Shown in pieces: positions 10,674 to 21,074 of a stretch of DNA of 64,000 nucleotides. Source of the stretch: an uncultured Clostridia bacterium (GTDB lineage Bacteria > Bacillota > Clostridia > Christensenellales > Aristaeellaceae). The number at the start of each line of letters is the position of its first letter. Positions within the stretch are counted from its first letter, which is position 1. Under the pieces are notes generated by a model, which ran no database searches, was not told where the DNA came from, and worked only from the letters and a program-made list of their open reading frames with translations. A program made the translations under genes and the position numbers. The DNA lies in NCBI GenBank assembly GCA_947166705.1, contig CAMVFE010000002.1, positions 5,695 through 69,694 of the forward strand, written 5' to 3'.

Positions 10674-12173
10674 ATGAAAAAGGGGTACATCCTGAAGCGC
10701 CTCCTCCGGTCCGTGATCTCCGTGCTGGTCATCATGCTCATCGTGTTTGTCCTGGTTTATACGATGGTCCCGCGCGACAATATCTTCTTTGAGGACGCCA
10801 CGTACCGGAAGCTGGGAGGAAAGCCCGACGACAAGGCGGACTATGTCTACACCACCTGGGAAAAGCTGGGATACCTTGACTATGTCAAGATCAACGATTA
10901 CTGCCTGACCCTTTACGAGGCCGGGAGCGATGAGATGAAGGGCGCGCTGGATCCCGCCTCGAAGGAAACGGCGGATTTTATCGCGCTCTATGAATCCCGC
11001 GGCTATTCCATCGGCACCTATCCTGTCAGCGGGCGCGCCTACGCCTACAAGGATACCCCCATTCTCCAGCGGCTGGCCAAATGGTTCGGCGGGCTGGTGA
11101 GGATCGACACCATCTACAGCGTGCAGGATCCGGACAATCCGGATCTGGAAAGGTACGTGCGCTTCGGCCGGACGCCCACCGGCGGCCTGGCCCTGATCGG
11201 CAGCGGAACCCTGCACAAGTATCTTCTCTACACCGATTCCCATTTCCCCTTTATCCACCAGAACTTCATCACCCTCAACATGGGCGAATCCTACCCCACC
11301 TATCAGGGGCTTGAGGCGCTGAGCGTCATGTTCTCCTCCCAGGGGACAGAGGTCAAGCGCGAGGTTGCCTTTGAAACCGGCGAGACCAGCCAGTCCGCGA
11401 TCGACTTCGGCTCCCTGACCTACAAGGCGAAGCTGGACCGCATGGACACCAAGAAGTTCACGGATCATTACGCGAACTACACCACCTTCAAGGATCAGAC
11501 CTCCATGGTCGGAACCTCCTTTATCATGGGCATTTTCGCTCTGATCCTGTCCTACGGCATCGGCCTGCCCATCGGCGTGGCCATGGCGCGGAACAAGGAC
11601 GGAGTTGTCGATAAACTGGGCATGCTGTTCATCATCTTCATCACCTCGGTACCCTCCCTGGCGTATATCTACATCTTCCGCTATGTGGGCACCACCGTGT
11701 TCGGCCTGCCCTCCGTATTCACCACCTTCGGACCCTCGGATATTCGAAGCTGGATCCTGCCGATCATCTCCCTGGCGCTGCCGTCCATCTCCTCCCTGAT
11801 GATGTGGATCCGGCGCTATGTGGTGGACCAGATGAATTCGGACTATGTGAAGTTTGCCAAGGCCAAGGGCCTGAACCGGAAAGAGATCTTCCGCAGGCAC
11901 ATCTTCAAGAACGCGAGCATCCCCATCGCGCACGGCATCCCCAGCTCCCTGGCGGCCTGCATCACCGGCGCGATTATCACGGAGGCCATCTACTCGGTGG
12001 GCGGCATGGGCAAGATGCTGCCCAACGCGATCAATCAGTACAACAATGTCATGATTATCGCGCTGACCTTCCTCTTCTCCTCGATCTCCGTGTTGTCCGT
12101 ACTCCTGGGGGATATTATCCTGACCAAGGTGGATCCCCGTATTTCACTGACAGATAAGGCGGGTAGATCATAA
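10674..12173 (+). CDS. Oligopeptide ABC permease, long AmiC-type
   Basis: 499 aa with large extracytoplasmic insert; DYVKFAKAKGL, VDPRI. Confidence 0.88.
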   Translation: MKKGYILKRLLRSVISVLVIMLIVFVLVYTMVPRDNIFFEDATYRKLGGKPDDKADYVYTTWEKLGYLDYVKINDYCLTLYEAGSDEMKGALDPASKETADFIALYESRGYSIGTYPVSGRAYAYKDTPILQRLAKWFGGLVRIDTIYSVQDPDNPDLERYVRFGRTPTGGLALIGSGTLHKYLLYTDSHFPFIHQNFITLNMGESYPTYQGLEALSVMFSSQGTEVKREVAFETGETSQSAIDFGSLTYKAKLDRMDTKKFTDHYANYTTFKDQTSMVGTSFIMGIFALILSYGIGLPIGVAMARNKDGVVDKLGMLFIIFITSVPSLAYIYIFRYVGTTVFGLPSVFTTFGPSDIRSWILPIISLALPSISSLMMWIRRYVVDQMNSDYVKFAKAKGLNRKEIFRRHIFKNASIPIAHGIPSSLAACITGAIITEAIYSVGGMGKMLPNAINQYNNVMIIALTFLFSSISVLSVLLGDIILTKVDPRISLTDKAGRS

Positions 12174-13099
12174 TGGCAAGAGAAGAAGACAATCTGTTTG
12201 AATTTGCGGACTTCGACGAGAAGGAATCGGAGCACATCGCGGCGCCGAGGTATTCCTACTGGAAATCCGTCTGGCACACCTTTTTCCACAGCAAGGTGAC
12301 CATCTTCCTGTCTGTGTTCGTCATCGCGCTGGTGGTCTTCGCGCTGATCCAGCCCCTCACCTCCGGCTATTCGCCCACGGACGCGCCAAACATCAACAAC
12401 GCGGAGATGAAGTACCTGCCGCCGAGCGCGGAGCACATCTTCGGCACGGACAATATCGGCAACGAGGTCTGGAACGTGGTCTGGGCCGGGGCGAGGAACT
12501 CCATCATCGTCAGCTTTGTCAGCACGGCCATCATCATGACCATCGGCATCCTGGTCGGCGCCCTCTGGGGCTTCAGTAAGAAGATGGACCGCTGGATGAT
12601 CGAGGTGTACAACGTCGTCTCCAACGTGCCCTACCTGCTGCTGGCTATGATCCTGTCCTACGTGCTGGGAGCAGGCCTCGGATCCCTGATCTTCGTCATG
12701 TGCTGCATCGACTGGATCTACGTGGCCTATTTCATCCGCACCCAGGTCATGATCATCCGGGACCGGGAGTACAACCTGGCCAGCAAATGCCTGGGCACGA
12801 AGACCTTCACGATGATCATGAAGAACATCCTGCCCTATCTGGTTTCGGTCATCGTGACCTATATTGCCCGGGAAATTCCCGCCCTGATCTCCTATGAGGT
12901 CTTCCTGTCCTACATGGGCCTCGGCCTGGGCACGAACTATGCCTCCCTGGGCCGGACGATTTCCCAGTACAGGTCCTACATGACCGGATATCCCCATCTG
13001 TTCTGGATCCCCGTCCTGGTGCTGGCCGCGATCGCCATCTCCCTGTACGTGGTAGGGCAGAAGCTGGCTGACGCTACGGATCCGCGGACGCATCGGTGA
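12173..13099 (+). CDS. Oligopeptide ABC permease, AmiD/OppC-type
   Basis: 308 aa; YSYWKSV, HIFGTD, REYNLASKCLGT, LADATDPRTH. Confidence 0.9.
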   Translation: MAREEDNLFEFADFDEKESEHIAAPRYSYWKSVWHTFFHSKVTIFLSVFVIALVVFALIQPLTSGYSPTDAPNINNAEMKYLPPSAEHIFGTDNIGNEVWNVVWAGARNSIIVSFVSTAIIMTIGILVGALWGFSKKMDRWMIEVYNVVSNVPYLLLAMILSYVLGAGLGSLIFVMCCIDWIYVAYFIRTQVMIIRDREYNLASKCLGTKTFTMIMKNILPYLVSVIVTYIAREIPALISYEVFLSYMGLGLGTNYASLGRTISQYRSYMTGYPHLFWIPVLVLAAIAISLYVVGQKLADATDPRTHR

Positions 13100-13109
13100 G
13101 GAGGAAGAG

Positions 13110-14180
13110 ATGAGCGAGATTATTATTTCCGCAAAGGATATTGAAGTCCAGTTCCGGGTCCGGGAGAAGTACCTGACGGCCATCCGGAATGTTTCCCTGG
13201 AGCTGTACAACGGGGAGACCTTTGCCATCGTCGGGGAATCCGGCAGCGGAAAGTCCGTGTTCACCAAGACCTTCACGGGCATGCTGGAATCCAACGGCGC
13301 GATCACAAACGGCTCCATCATGTATCACGGGCAGGACCTGACGAAGCTGAAGACGGAAAAGGAATGGGCGGGCATCCGCGGCGTGAAGATCGCGACGGTG
13401 TTCCAGGATCCCATGACGTCCCTGAACCCGATCCGGACCATCGGCTCCCAGATCACGGAGGTCATCGAGAAGCACCAGAAGCTCTCCAAGTCGGAAGCGA
13501 AGGCGCAGGCCATCAGCATCATGGGCCGGGTCGGAATCCCGAATCCGGAGGAGCGGTTTGACAACTATCCTTTCCAGTATTCCGGCGGCATGCGTCAGCG
13601 CATCGTCATCGCCATCGCCCTGAGCTGCCATCCCGAAATTCTGATCTGCGACGAGCCCACGACCGCGCTGGACGTGACCATCCAGGCCCAGATCATCAAG
13701 CTGATCAAGGACCTGCAGAAGGAGCTGGGCTTCACCACCATCTACATCACCCACGACCTGGGCGTCGTGGCGAACGTGGCGGACCGGGTCGGCGTCATGT
13801 ACGGCGGTCAGATCATCGAGTACGGCACGGTCAACGAGATCTTCTACGATCCGCAGCATCCCTACACCTGGGCGCTGCTGTCCGCCCTGCCCCAACTGGG
13901 CGTCAAGGGCCAGGATCTCTATTACATCACGGGCACGCCGCCCTCCCTGTACAACAGGATCGAGGGGGACGCCTTCGCTCCCCGCAATCCGCAGGCCCTG
14001 AAGATCGACTTCGCCAAGGAGCCGCCCTTCTTCCAGGTCAGCGAGACCCATTTTGCCAAGACCTGGCTCCTGGATCCCCGGGCGCCGAAGGTGGAAAAGC
14101 CAGCCGCGATCCGGAATCTGCATGAGAAGATCGCCAGCATGACAGCAAAAGGAGGCGCTTTCCATGTCAGAAACGACTAA
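13110..14180 (+). CDS. Oligopeptide ABC ATPase, AmiE/OppD-type
   Basis: [37 protein letters not shown]. Confidence 0.92.
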   Translation: MSEIIISAKDIEVQFRVREKYLTAIRNVSLELYNGETFAIVGESGSGKSVFTKTFTGMLESNGAITNGSIMYHGQDLTKLKTEKEWAGIRGVKIATVFQDPMTSLNPIRTIGSQITEVIEKHQKLSKSEAKAQAISIMGRVGIPNPEERFDNYPFQYSGGMRQRIVIAIALSCHPEILICDEPTTALDVTIQAQIIKLIKDLQKELGFTTIYITHDLGVVANVADRVGVMYGGQIIEYGTVNEIFYDPQHPYTWALLSALPQLGVKGQDLYYITGTPPSLYNRIEGDAFAPRNPQALKIDFAKEPPFFQVSETHFAKTWLLDPRAPKVEKPAAIRNLHEKIASMTAKGGAFHVRND

Positions 14181-15108
14181 CCGGGAGGTTCTGCTCTCCC
14201 TGCGGAACGTGGAGATTTCCTTTGACAACGGGGGAAAGCATAAGTTCAAGGCGGTGCAGGACGCCAACTTTGATATCTACCGGGGCGAGACCTTCGCCCT
14301 GGTGGGCGAGTCCGGCAGCGGCAAGACGACCATCGGCCGGGCCATCATGCGCATCAACGAGCTGAGCGCCGGGGAGATTACCTTCGAGGGAAAGCGTATC
14401 TCCGGAAAGCTGAGCAAGCAGGAAGATATCGACGTGATCCGGAATATCCAGATGATCTTCCAGGATCCGGCGGCCTCCCTGAACGAGCGGGCGACCATCG
14501 AGTACATCATCTCCGAGGGCCTGTACAATTTCCATCTGTACAAGAACGAGGAGGACCGGATCGCGAAGGTGGACCGGGCGTTGGAGGAGGTCGGCCTCCT
14601 GCCGGAGCACAAGTCCCGGTATCCCCATGAATTCTCCGGCGGCCAGCGGCAGCGCGTCGGCATCGCCCGGGCCCTGATCATGGAGCCGAAGCTGGTGGTG
14701 GCGGACGAGCCCATTTCCGCGCTGGACGTCTCCATCCGGGCCCAGGTGCTGAACCTGATGAACAAGCTGAAGAACGAGAAGGCCCTCACCTACCTGTTCA
14801 TCGCCCATGACCTCTCCGTCGTCCGGTTCATCGCGGACCGGATCGCGGTCATCCATCTGGGGAGGATCGTGGAAATCGCGGAGACGGAGGAGCTTTTCGC
14901 CTACCCGATCCATCCGTACACCGTGTCCCTGCTCAGCGCCGTGCCCATGCCGGATCCCATTATCGAGAAGCAGCGGGAGCCCATCGTGTACGCGGACGCG
15001 CTGGAAGAAAAAACCGGCCCGGATTACGCGATGCGGGAAATCCGGCCGGAGCACTATGTCTACTGTACGCCTGAGCAGGCGGAGAAATACCGGAAAAACC
15101 TGGACTGA
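14164..15108 (+). CDS. Oligopeptide ABC ATPase, AmiF/OppF-type
   Basis: [27 protein letters not shown]. Confidence 0.92.
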   Translation: MSETTNREVLLSLRNVEISFDNGGKHKFKAVQDANFDIYRGETFALVGESGSGKTTIGRAIMRINELSAGEITFEGKRISGKLSKQEDIDVIRNIQMIFQDPAASLNERATIEYIISEGLYNFHLYKNEEDRIAKVDRALEEVGLLPEHKSRYPHEFSGGQRQRVGIARALIMEPKLVVADEPISALDVSIRAQVLNLMNKLKNEKALTYLFIAHDLSVVRFIADRIAVIHLGRIVEIAETEELFAYPIHPYTVSLLSAVPMPDPIIEKQREPIVYADALEEKTGPDYAMREIRPEHYVYCTPEQAEKYRKNLD

Positions 15109-15118
15109 CGCGCGGGAA

Positions 15119-15481
15119 TCAGTAAGCGAGAAGATTCAGCAGCGCGGAAGCAGCCAGCAGAAGAAGGCCCGTAAAGAAAGGATAGTTGATTCGATCCTTT
15201 CTTTCTTCTTTTTTATCGGCCCTAAAAGCTTCAAACGGCTTGATGTCCCCCTTCCGGAGGCTGCGCTTCGCGACGTACTCCGTGATGTCAAAATCCCCGT
15301 GCTTCACCAGCGAGAAAACGATGCCGGCCACCAGGAACAGGAGCCCCGTGACGGTCATTGCGTCCATCAGCTTCAGCAGGCTCCTGTCCGAGGATACATA
15401 GGCGTAAACCGGATAAAGCAGCGCCAGGATCAGGCACAGCAGCGCGCTGCGCGCATTCATGCGAAAACGGTTTCCGGACAT
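15119..15481 (-). CDS. Small 3-TM membrane protein (DUF3899-like)
   Basis: 120 aa; two N-terminal TMs, 'G.FD' motif, charged loop, C-terminal TM; RBS GGGAGGG. Confidence 0.6.
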   Translation of the reverse strand: MSGNRFRMNARSALLCLILALLYPVYAYVSSDRSLLKLMDAMTVTGLLFLVAGIVFSLVKHGDFDITEYVAKRSLRKGDIKPFEAFRADKKEERKDRINYPFFTGLLLLAASALLNLLAY

Positions 15482-15500
15482 GGCGCGGAACCCTCCCCTC

Positions 15501-16631
15501 TCAGATCACGATGTCCCCGGGCCGGTATCCCTCCGGAAGCTCCTCCTCCTCCGTGAAGGTGAAGTCCGGATCCTCCAGTGCCGGCAGGAAAGCCTCGTAG
15601 GGAATCTCCGCCAGCTCGCGGCCGTAGCTGGTCTGCCCGAACCATCCGCCTTCCTTCGCCTTCTGGTTCAGGTCCCGGGCAAACTTGGTCCGGTTGGAGC
15701 AGTCATGCACCACGATGGGCCACTCCTCCTCCGCCGCCTCCCGCATCAGGCGCAGCGTGATCTCCCGGCTGAACACCGGGCTCAGGTATCCCATCCGGTA
15801 AAAGTACAGGTTCTCCCCCAGGTAATTGGGCAGGTTGTTTTCGTTCAGGTGAAGCTCCGCGCAGTTCATGAAGTCGATGCCCGTTTCCAGGATCATCTCC
15901 TTCTTCCGGTGAAACTCCCGCTCGAATTCCCGCGTCATGGGTGTTTCGATTCCGGCCTGGGGAATATACTTCTTCGCGGTTTTCATGGCCCGGATCACCC
16001 GGTCGGAGGTTCCGGAGGCCCCCAGGTTGAAGCGGATCTCGTCCAGCCCGGCCTCCCCCAGCGCCCGCAGGTTTTCCTCCGTCGCGTTCAGCCCGTTGGT
16101 ATACAGGTGCTGGTGCACCCCCGCCGCGTGGAAGCGCCGGATAATCCCGTAGTATTTTTCGATCTCCATGAAGGGCTCGAGATAGACGTAGGCGATGCCG
16201 GTGGGTTTCCCCTGCAGGGCGAAGAGCAGCTCCAGATCCTCCTCCCGGTACCGGCCGCCTCCGATTTCCCACAGCCCCTCCCCGATGGGCGGGATCGCGT
16301 CCAGAACGCCGTAATCGTAGCAGAAGGGGCAGCGCGCGCCGCATTTGTTCGTTTTGCGCACGGCGGAAAGCCCGGTTCCCATCAGGCAGGACCGGCATCC
16401 GCCCGGAAAGCGCTCGTCCGGCCCCACGTAAAACGTGCTGGGGCCCTCCCCCAGCCCCTTCAGGCCGGGAATCTCCCGCTGCAGGCGCCGGAAGCGCTCC
16501 TCCGCCGCCAGCTCAAGCTGGCTGAACACCGCCAGGGCAATCTCCTGCTGCCTGCAGCCCAGGGGCTGGTCCTCCGGCAGCGCCGCAAAAAAACCGAACC
16601 ACGCCAGCGCGTCCCGCTTTGAGATCTTCAT
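15501..16631 (-). CDS. Radical SAM protein of unknown function (COG2108-like)
   Basis: CGARCPFC (CxxxCxxC), upstream GCRSC, HLYTNG, GLDEIRFN, VHDCS. Confidence 0.85.
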   Translation of the reverse strand: MKISKRDALAWFGFFAALPEDQPLGCRQQEIALAVFSQLELAAEERFRRLQREIPGLKGLGEGPSTFYVGPDERFPGGCRSCLMGTGLSAVRKTNKCGARCPFCYDYGVLDAIPPIGEGLWEIGGGRYREEDLELLFALQGKPTGIAYVYLEPFMEIEKYYGIIRRFHAAGVHQHLYTNGLNATEENLRALGEAGLDEIRFNLGASGTSDRVIRAMKTAKKYIPQAGIETPMTREFEREFHRKKEMILETGIDFMNCAELHLNENNLPNYLGENLYFYRMGYLSPVFSREITLRLMREAAEEEWPIVVHDCSNRTKFARDLNQKAKEGGWFGQTSYGRELAEIPYEAFLPALEDPDFTFTEEEELPEGYRPGDIVI

Positions 16632-16850
16632 GCTGTCCCTCTTTCCGCTTCTCCCGCACGCGGAGCCTGCTTTCGTCCTTCCGCTCCGTCCCCTGCATCA
16701 TACCATAAATCCCGCCGCTTGCCCATGCCTTCCCCGCTTTTGCGGGCGGGGATCGTCCCGCGGAGCGCCTTTTCAATCCCTGTGAATGCCTTCCCCGCCT
16801 GCGCGGGCGGGGAACTCTGCTGGAAATATTACAGTTTTATTGCACTTTTA

Positions 16851-16879
16851 TTGACTTTTTTGTCTGTTTTTGCTATCCT
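16851..16879 (+). promoter_or_regulatory. Sigma-A-like promoter
   Basis: TTGACT-17bp-TATCCT with TGn extension. Confidence 0.5.
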
Positions 16880-16924
16880 TGAGGGGACCGGATTTCCTTC
16901 CGGAAACGAATCACGGGGTGAAGC

Positions 16925-18079
16925 ATGAAACGACTTTTGTTTGCGGCCTTCGCGCTGCTGCTGATCTGGGGGTGCGCCTGCGCTTCCGGCGTGGACGTGG
17001 ACGAGGAGGGCGGCGTCTGGGATTACAACACCGGAATATACACCGCGCCGGACGGAACCCAGCATTCGATTGAGAATTCGGATTCCAGTCCCACCTCCTC
17101 CTATGAGGTCCCGGTGAATCCGGACGGCGGCATGACCGTGGAATCCGGCCAGTTTCAGATGGATGAGGCATCCTCGGGGGAGGGCGCCCATCTGACGGAA
17201 GAGGAATACGCCGCCCGCCGGGCGAAGTATACCGCCCGGAACGGCACCACCACCGGCACCGTCTACGTGAATGAGGCGGGGGACGTCTTCACGGCGGAGA
17301 TCCTGTCCCTGGGCCTGGGGCGCAGCACGATCCGCGTGGAGGGGGAGGATTTTCTCGTGCCCACCTCCTCCCTGAGCTGGGACACGGACGCGCCGGAGGA
17401 TAAGCTGCTGGCCGTCGTGACCCTTCACAACAACCCCAAGCTGACCTATCTGACCCTGCGGGCCAAAAAGAAGCAGGGCTCCTTCGTTCTGGGCAACTGC
17501 ACCAAGCGCCGGGTGCTCCGGGTCATCAGCACGGGCAAGACCTGGACCATGGTGGACGACGACGGAATCCGGGGCTATGTGCTGACCTCCGGGCTCACCT
17601 TCTATGACAACAAGCCCAGGCAGTACGCGGCGGGCATCCTGACCGTCAAGGGCAAGCTGGTCAAGGGCAACACGATCCACGCCCGCACCTCCACCGCCAA
17701 CGATCCGGGCTACGTGCGCTACGGCGACGGCCGGGAGATGGCCGAGTTTCCCGTCGGCACGCCGGTGACCGTTTTCGCCCAGGATGAGAAATGGTCCGAG
17801 CTGGATGTGGGGGGCTGGCACTGCTTTATTCTGAACGAATTCGTGACGCTGCAGGAGCCCCTTCCGGCTCCGGCGCCGGAAGCCGGCGAAGCGGGCGCCT
17901 CCGCGGATGAGCCCGGCGGGCCGGACGAGGATTCCGAGCTGAGCCCCGAGCCGCCTCAGGAGGATTCCGGCGAAAAGCCGGAACCGAAGCCCTCGGCCCC
18001 GGAAGCCCCCGCCCTGCAGGCGGAGCCCGCGCCGCAGGATCCGGTCGAAATGTCCGACCGGCCGAACCCCCCGGTCTGA
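16925..18079 (+). CDS. Secreted protein with two SH3b-like domains and acidic Pro-rich tail
   Basis: Signal peptide; 'LTLR...VLRVISTGKTWTMVDDDGIRGYV' and 'PVGTPVTVFAQDEKWSELDVGGWHCFI' SH3b-like; P/E-rich C-terminus. Confidence 0.65.
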   Translation: MKRLLFAAFALLLIWGCACASGVDVDEEGGVWDYNTGIYTAPDGTQHSIENSDSSPTSSYEVPVNPDGGMTVESGQFQMDEASSGEGAHLTEEEYAARRAKYTARNGTTTGTVYVNEAGDVFTAEILSLGLGRSTIRVEGEDFLVPTSSLSWDTDAPEDKLLAVVTLHNNPKLTYLTLRAKKKQGSFVLGNCTKRRVLRVISTGKTWTMVDDDGIRGYVLTSGLTFYDNKPRQYAAGILTVKGKLVKGNTIHARTSTANDPGYVRYGDGREMAEFPVGTPVTVFAQDEKWSELDVGGWHCFILNEFVTLQEPLPAPAPEAGEAGASADEPGGPDEDSELSPEPPQEDSGEKPEPKPSAPEAPALQAEPAPQDPVEMSDRPNPPV

Positions 18080-18133
18080 GCCCATTCGCGGCGTCCGGGA
18101 AGGCGGAAGCATCCTCCGGGTAAAACAGCATGC

Positions 18134-18179
18134 AAAAAAGGTCCGGAACACCGCGGCCAGCGGTTTTCCGGACCTTTTT
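18134..18179. terminator. Bidirectional intrinsic terminator
   Basis: AAAAAAGGTCCGGAA...TTCCGGACCTTTTT between convergent genes. Confidence 0.75.
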
Positions 18180-18219
18180 CTTTCTGAAGGGAAGCGCCGT
18201 CCGCCTTTCCTTTTCCGGT

Positions 18220-19434
18220 TTATTCCCCGTCCTCAACCACCAGGGAGAGGTTTTCAAACAGATCGTCGTGGTTCTCGTCCGGTCCGACCAGGCTCCGGTA
18301 CAGCCCGAAGACGCGGCAGTCGCCGGGGCCGAAATCCTCGACCCTGTATTCCGTATGCGCCTGGGACACGTGGCAGGCGAAGGCCTCCTGCGCCACCTCC
18401 AGGGCGGTCCTTCCGCCGAAGGCCTCCAGCGGGACCCGCCAGTCGAACTCGATCCGGTTCTCCGGATACAGATGGATGTAGGTTTTCGGCACGTTCCACA
18501 CGCCGTACTCCGCGGCGGAATCCTTGAATTTCTTCCGGTCGTTCGCGAAATCCAGCGCCTTGATCACCGCGTCGGCGCAGGCCCGGTGCGCGCCGTGGCC
18601 GTACTCTCCCTCCACGTCATGGGTGATCACCACCTCCGGCCGGAATCGGCGGATCCAGCCGGTCACCAGCTTGTAGACCGCGTCCCTGCTCCACTTTTCG
18701 TACTGGTCGCTCAGGGATTCGCTGTACTGGTCGCGGAAATACCCGAACACCGGATAGTTCCGCACGCCGCAGGTCCAGAGCCCGTCCAGCTCCTCCAGCC
18801 GCCTCCGGGGCAGCGTCGGCACCAGGATGCAGACCTGCACCTTTTTCCCCTGCACGCCGGCATAAACCGGCAGCACGCCGCCGAACCAGAGCAGCTCGTC
18901 GTCGGGATGCCCCGCCAGCAGCATCAGGTCCGCCCTGGCGACGGGCGGCTCCCACCGCTGCACCCGGGCCGGGATCTCCCCGCGGCCGTACACATGCAGC
19001 TCCGCCAGCGGAATCGGGGTGGATTTCCGGGCCTTCTTCGGATTCGTAATCCGGAATTCCTTCGTTCCCTCCGGAAGCTGCAGGAATTCGGAAAGGAAGG
19101 CGCCTTCCGTGCAGGCGTATTCCTCCCATTCCCCCGCCGCGTTCCGGATCTGCACGGCGGCGGCATGCTCGTGCTCATACCACTGGAACCAGACGCCGCC
19201 CGCCTCCTCGCCCGCGGGAACCTGGACAATCACCTCGGCGCCCTTTCCCGCCGCGGAGTTCCAGAAGGTCCTGTAGTCCCCGTCCAGCGCTTTTTTGAAG
19301 TCCTTCTTTTTGGATCCCGGGCTCATCCTGCATTCCCGGGTGATCTCCCGGGCTTCCTCCGCCCGCGCCGGAGCCGCCGCCGGGACCGCCGCCAGTGCCG
19401 CCAGAAGCAGGGCGGCCAGCATTCGCTTTTTCAA
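18220..19434 (-). CDS. Secreted PIG-L/LmbE family N-deacetylase with N-terminal beta domain
   Basis: TTG start at 19434 after AGGAGG; signal peptide ending ARA; GHPDDE and THDVEGEYGHGAH metal motifs. Confidence 0.8.
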   Translation of the reverse strand: MKKRMLAALLLAALAAVPAAAPARAEEAREITRECRMSPGSKKKDFKKALDGDYRTFWNSAAGKGAEVIVQVPAGEEAGGVWFQWYEHEHAAAVQIRNAAGEWEEYACTEGAFLSEFLQLPEGTKEFRITNPKKARKSTPIPLAELHVYGRGEIPARVQRWEPPVARADLMLLAGHPDDELLWFGGVLPVYAGVQGKKVQVCILVPTLPRRRLEELDGLWTCGVRNYPVFGYFRDQYSESLSDQYEKWSRDAVYKLVTGWIRRFRPEVVITHDVEGEYGHGAHRACADAVIKALDFANDRKKFKDSAAEYGVWNVPKTYIHLYPENRIEFDWRVPLEAFGGRTALEVAQEAFACHVSQAHTEYRVEDFGPGDCRVFGLYRSLVGPDENHDDLFENLSLVVEDGE

Positions 19435-19504
19435 TGTTCTTACCCTCCTGAAGAAAGCGCCGCGTTCAGGCGGCGCTTTTCCGTATTTCTCAGCCGTGGC
19501 CCGC

Positions 19505-21058
19505 TCAGCTTTCCGCGCTCTGGGCCTCGATGGCATCCTTCCCCCGGATCATGATGACCAGCCCGATCAGGAAAAGGACGATCAGGGCCAGCACGCCGTA
19601 GCTGCTGCGCCCCGTCCAGCCGCCGATCACCGAATACAGGAAGGGCCCGAGCACGGAGGCGAATTTACCGAAGATATCAAAGAATCCGAAGAATTCGTTG
19701 CTTCTCGCCTTGGGAATCAGCTTGCCGAAATAGCTCCGGCTCACCGCCTGGATGCCGCCCTGGACCGTGCCCACGAGAACGGCCATCGCCCAGAACAGGA
19801 TCGTGGAGAGGGAGACGGCCTTCCGGAATCTTCCCGCGGCGCCCGTTTCCTGCCCCGCCTCTCCGTTCAGGAAGGCGTTCGCCGCCTGGAACACGCGCAG
19901 GATCTCCTGATCGCCCTGCTGCTCCGCCGTCAGCGCGTCCTGCTTTTCATTCAGCTGCTTCGCGGCATCCTTCGCGGAAAGGATCTTCCGCACATCCTCC
20001 CGCAGGGCGGATGCCTCCTCGCCCTTCAGATCCGCGAGGGGCTCCGCGTATTCCGTCCGGACCGCCTCCTCATAGGCCGCCTGATGCGGCTCCAGGGAGA
20101 AGCCCATATAGAAGCCCACGATGCAGATCAGGGTATAGATCAGGATGGCTCCGATCAGCGCCTTCCGCGCCGTCACCTTCTCCGCGATATTCGCGAACAG
20201 GATGGAGCAGGGCATGGCGACGATCTGGGTCACCAGCAGCGCGAGGATCATGCCCACGGTTCCAAGCCCCAGCACCGTGCCGTAGGCGGTGGAAATGCTG
20301 ATAATCGTTCCGACGCCGTCGATGTAGAAGAAGTAGGCCACCATGAACAGCAGCAGGCCCCTGCGCGCGCTGATCTCCCGGGCCGTTTTCAGCACATTGC
20401 GGAAAATCTTTCCGAGGGAATCCCCTTCCGTCTTTTCCACGCAGTGCACCTGCTCCACATTCCGCAGGAAGGGAATGGAGAAGACAAGCCACCATACGCT
20501 CGTGATGATGATGGAGAACTTCTGGGCGATGGGATTTCCGTATCCCAGGGCCAGCAGCACGGCGATGCTGATCAGGAAGGGGATGGTGCTTCCCCCGATG
20601 TAGCCCATGGCGTATCCCCAGGAGGAAACCTTGTCCATCCGGTCGTCCGTGGTCACATCCGTCAGGAAGCTGTCATAGAACAGGCAACTTCCCGAAAAGC
20701 CGATCCTGCTCAGGATGTAGCCGGCCAGCATCAGCTTCCAGTTGTTCATGACCAGCGCGATCAGGAACGTGAAGACCACGCCGATCAGCATAAAGACGGT
20801 AAACAGCTTCTTCTTCATGCCCCTGCGGTCCGCCAGCGCGCCGAGCACCGGCGCCAGCAGCGCCACCGCGAAGGTCGCGATGGAGGTGCCGTACCCCCAC
20901 CAGATATCCCCGGCGTCCCCGGCGATGGAAACAAAGATGGTCGGGAAAATCGCGGCCATGATATTGGTTGCGTAAATGGAGTTGGCCCAGTCGTACATGA
21001 TCCAGCTCCATTCCGTCCGGTTAAACCGCTTTCCCTTTCCTGCCGCCTTTGCCTGCAT
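19505..21058 (-). CDS. MFS transporter, UMF1/ATG22-like
   Basis: SWIMYDWANS, APVLGALAD, FYDSFL, GYIGG, YIDGV, SRSYFGKLIP...EFFGFF. Confidence 0.88.
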   Translation of the reverse strand: MQAKAAGKGKRFNRTEWSWIMYDWANSIYATNIMAAIFPTIFVSIAGDAGDIWWGYGTSIATFAVALLAPVLGALADRRGMKKKLFTVFMLIGVVFTFLIALVMNNWKLMLAGYILSRIGFSGSCLFYDSFLTDVTTDDRMDKVSSWGYAMGYIGGSTIPFLISIAVLLALGYGNPIAQKFSIIITSVWWLVFSIPFLRNVEQVHCVEKTEGDSLGKIFRNVLKTAREISARRGLLLFMVAYFFYIDGVGTIISISTAYGTVLGLGTVGMILALLVTQIVAMPCSILFANIAEKVTARKALIGAILIYTLICIVGFYMGFSLEPHQAAYEEAVRTEYAEPLADLKGEEASALREDVRKILSAKDAAKQLNEKQDALTAEQQGDQEILRVFQAANAFLNGEAGQETGAAGRFRKAVSLSTILFWAMAVLVGTVQGGIQAVSRSYFGKLIPKARSNEFFGFFDIFGKFASVLGPFLYSVIGGWTGRSSYGVLALIVLFLIGLVIMIRGKDAIEAQSAES

Positions 21059-21074
21059 GAAAAAGCCACCTCCC

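Noticed and set aside
17860-18076. Pro/Glu-rich tail as a tandem repeat element
   Set aside because: Low-complexity coding tail without a regular repeat unit
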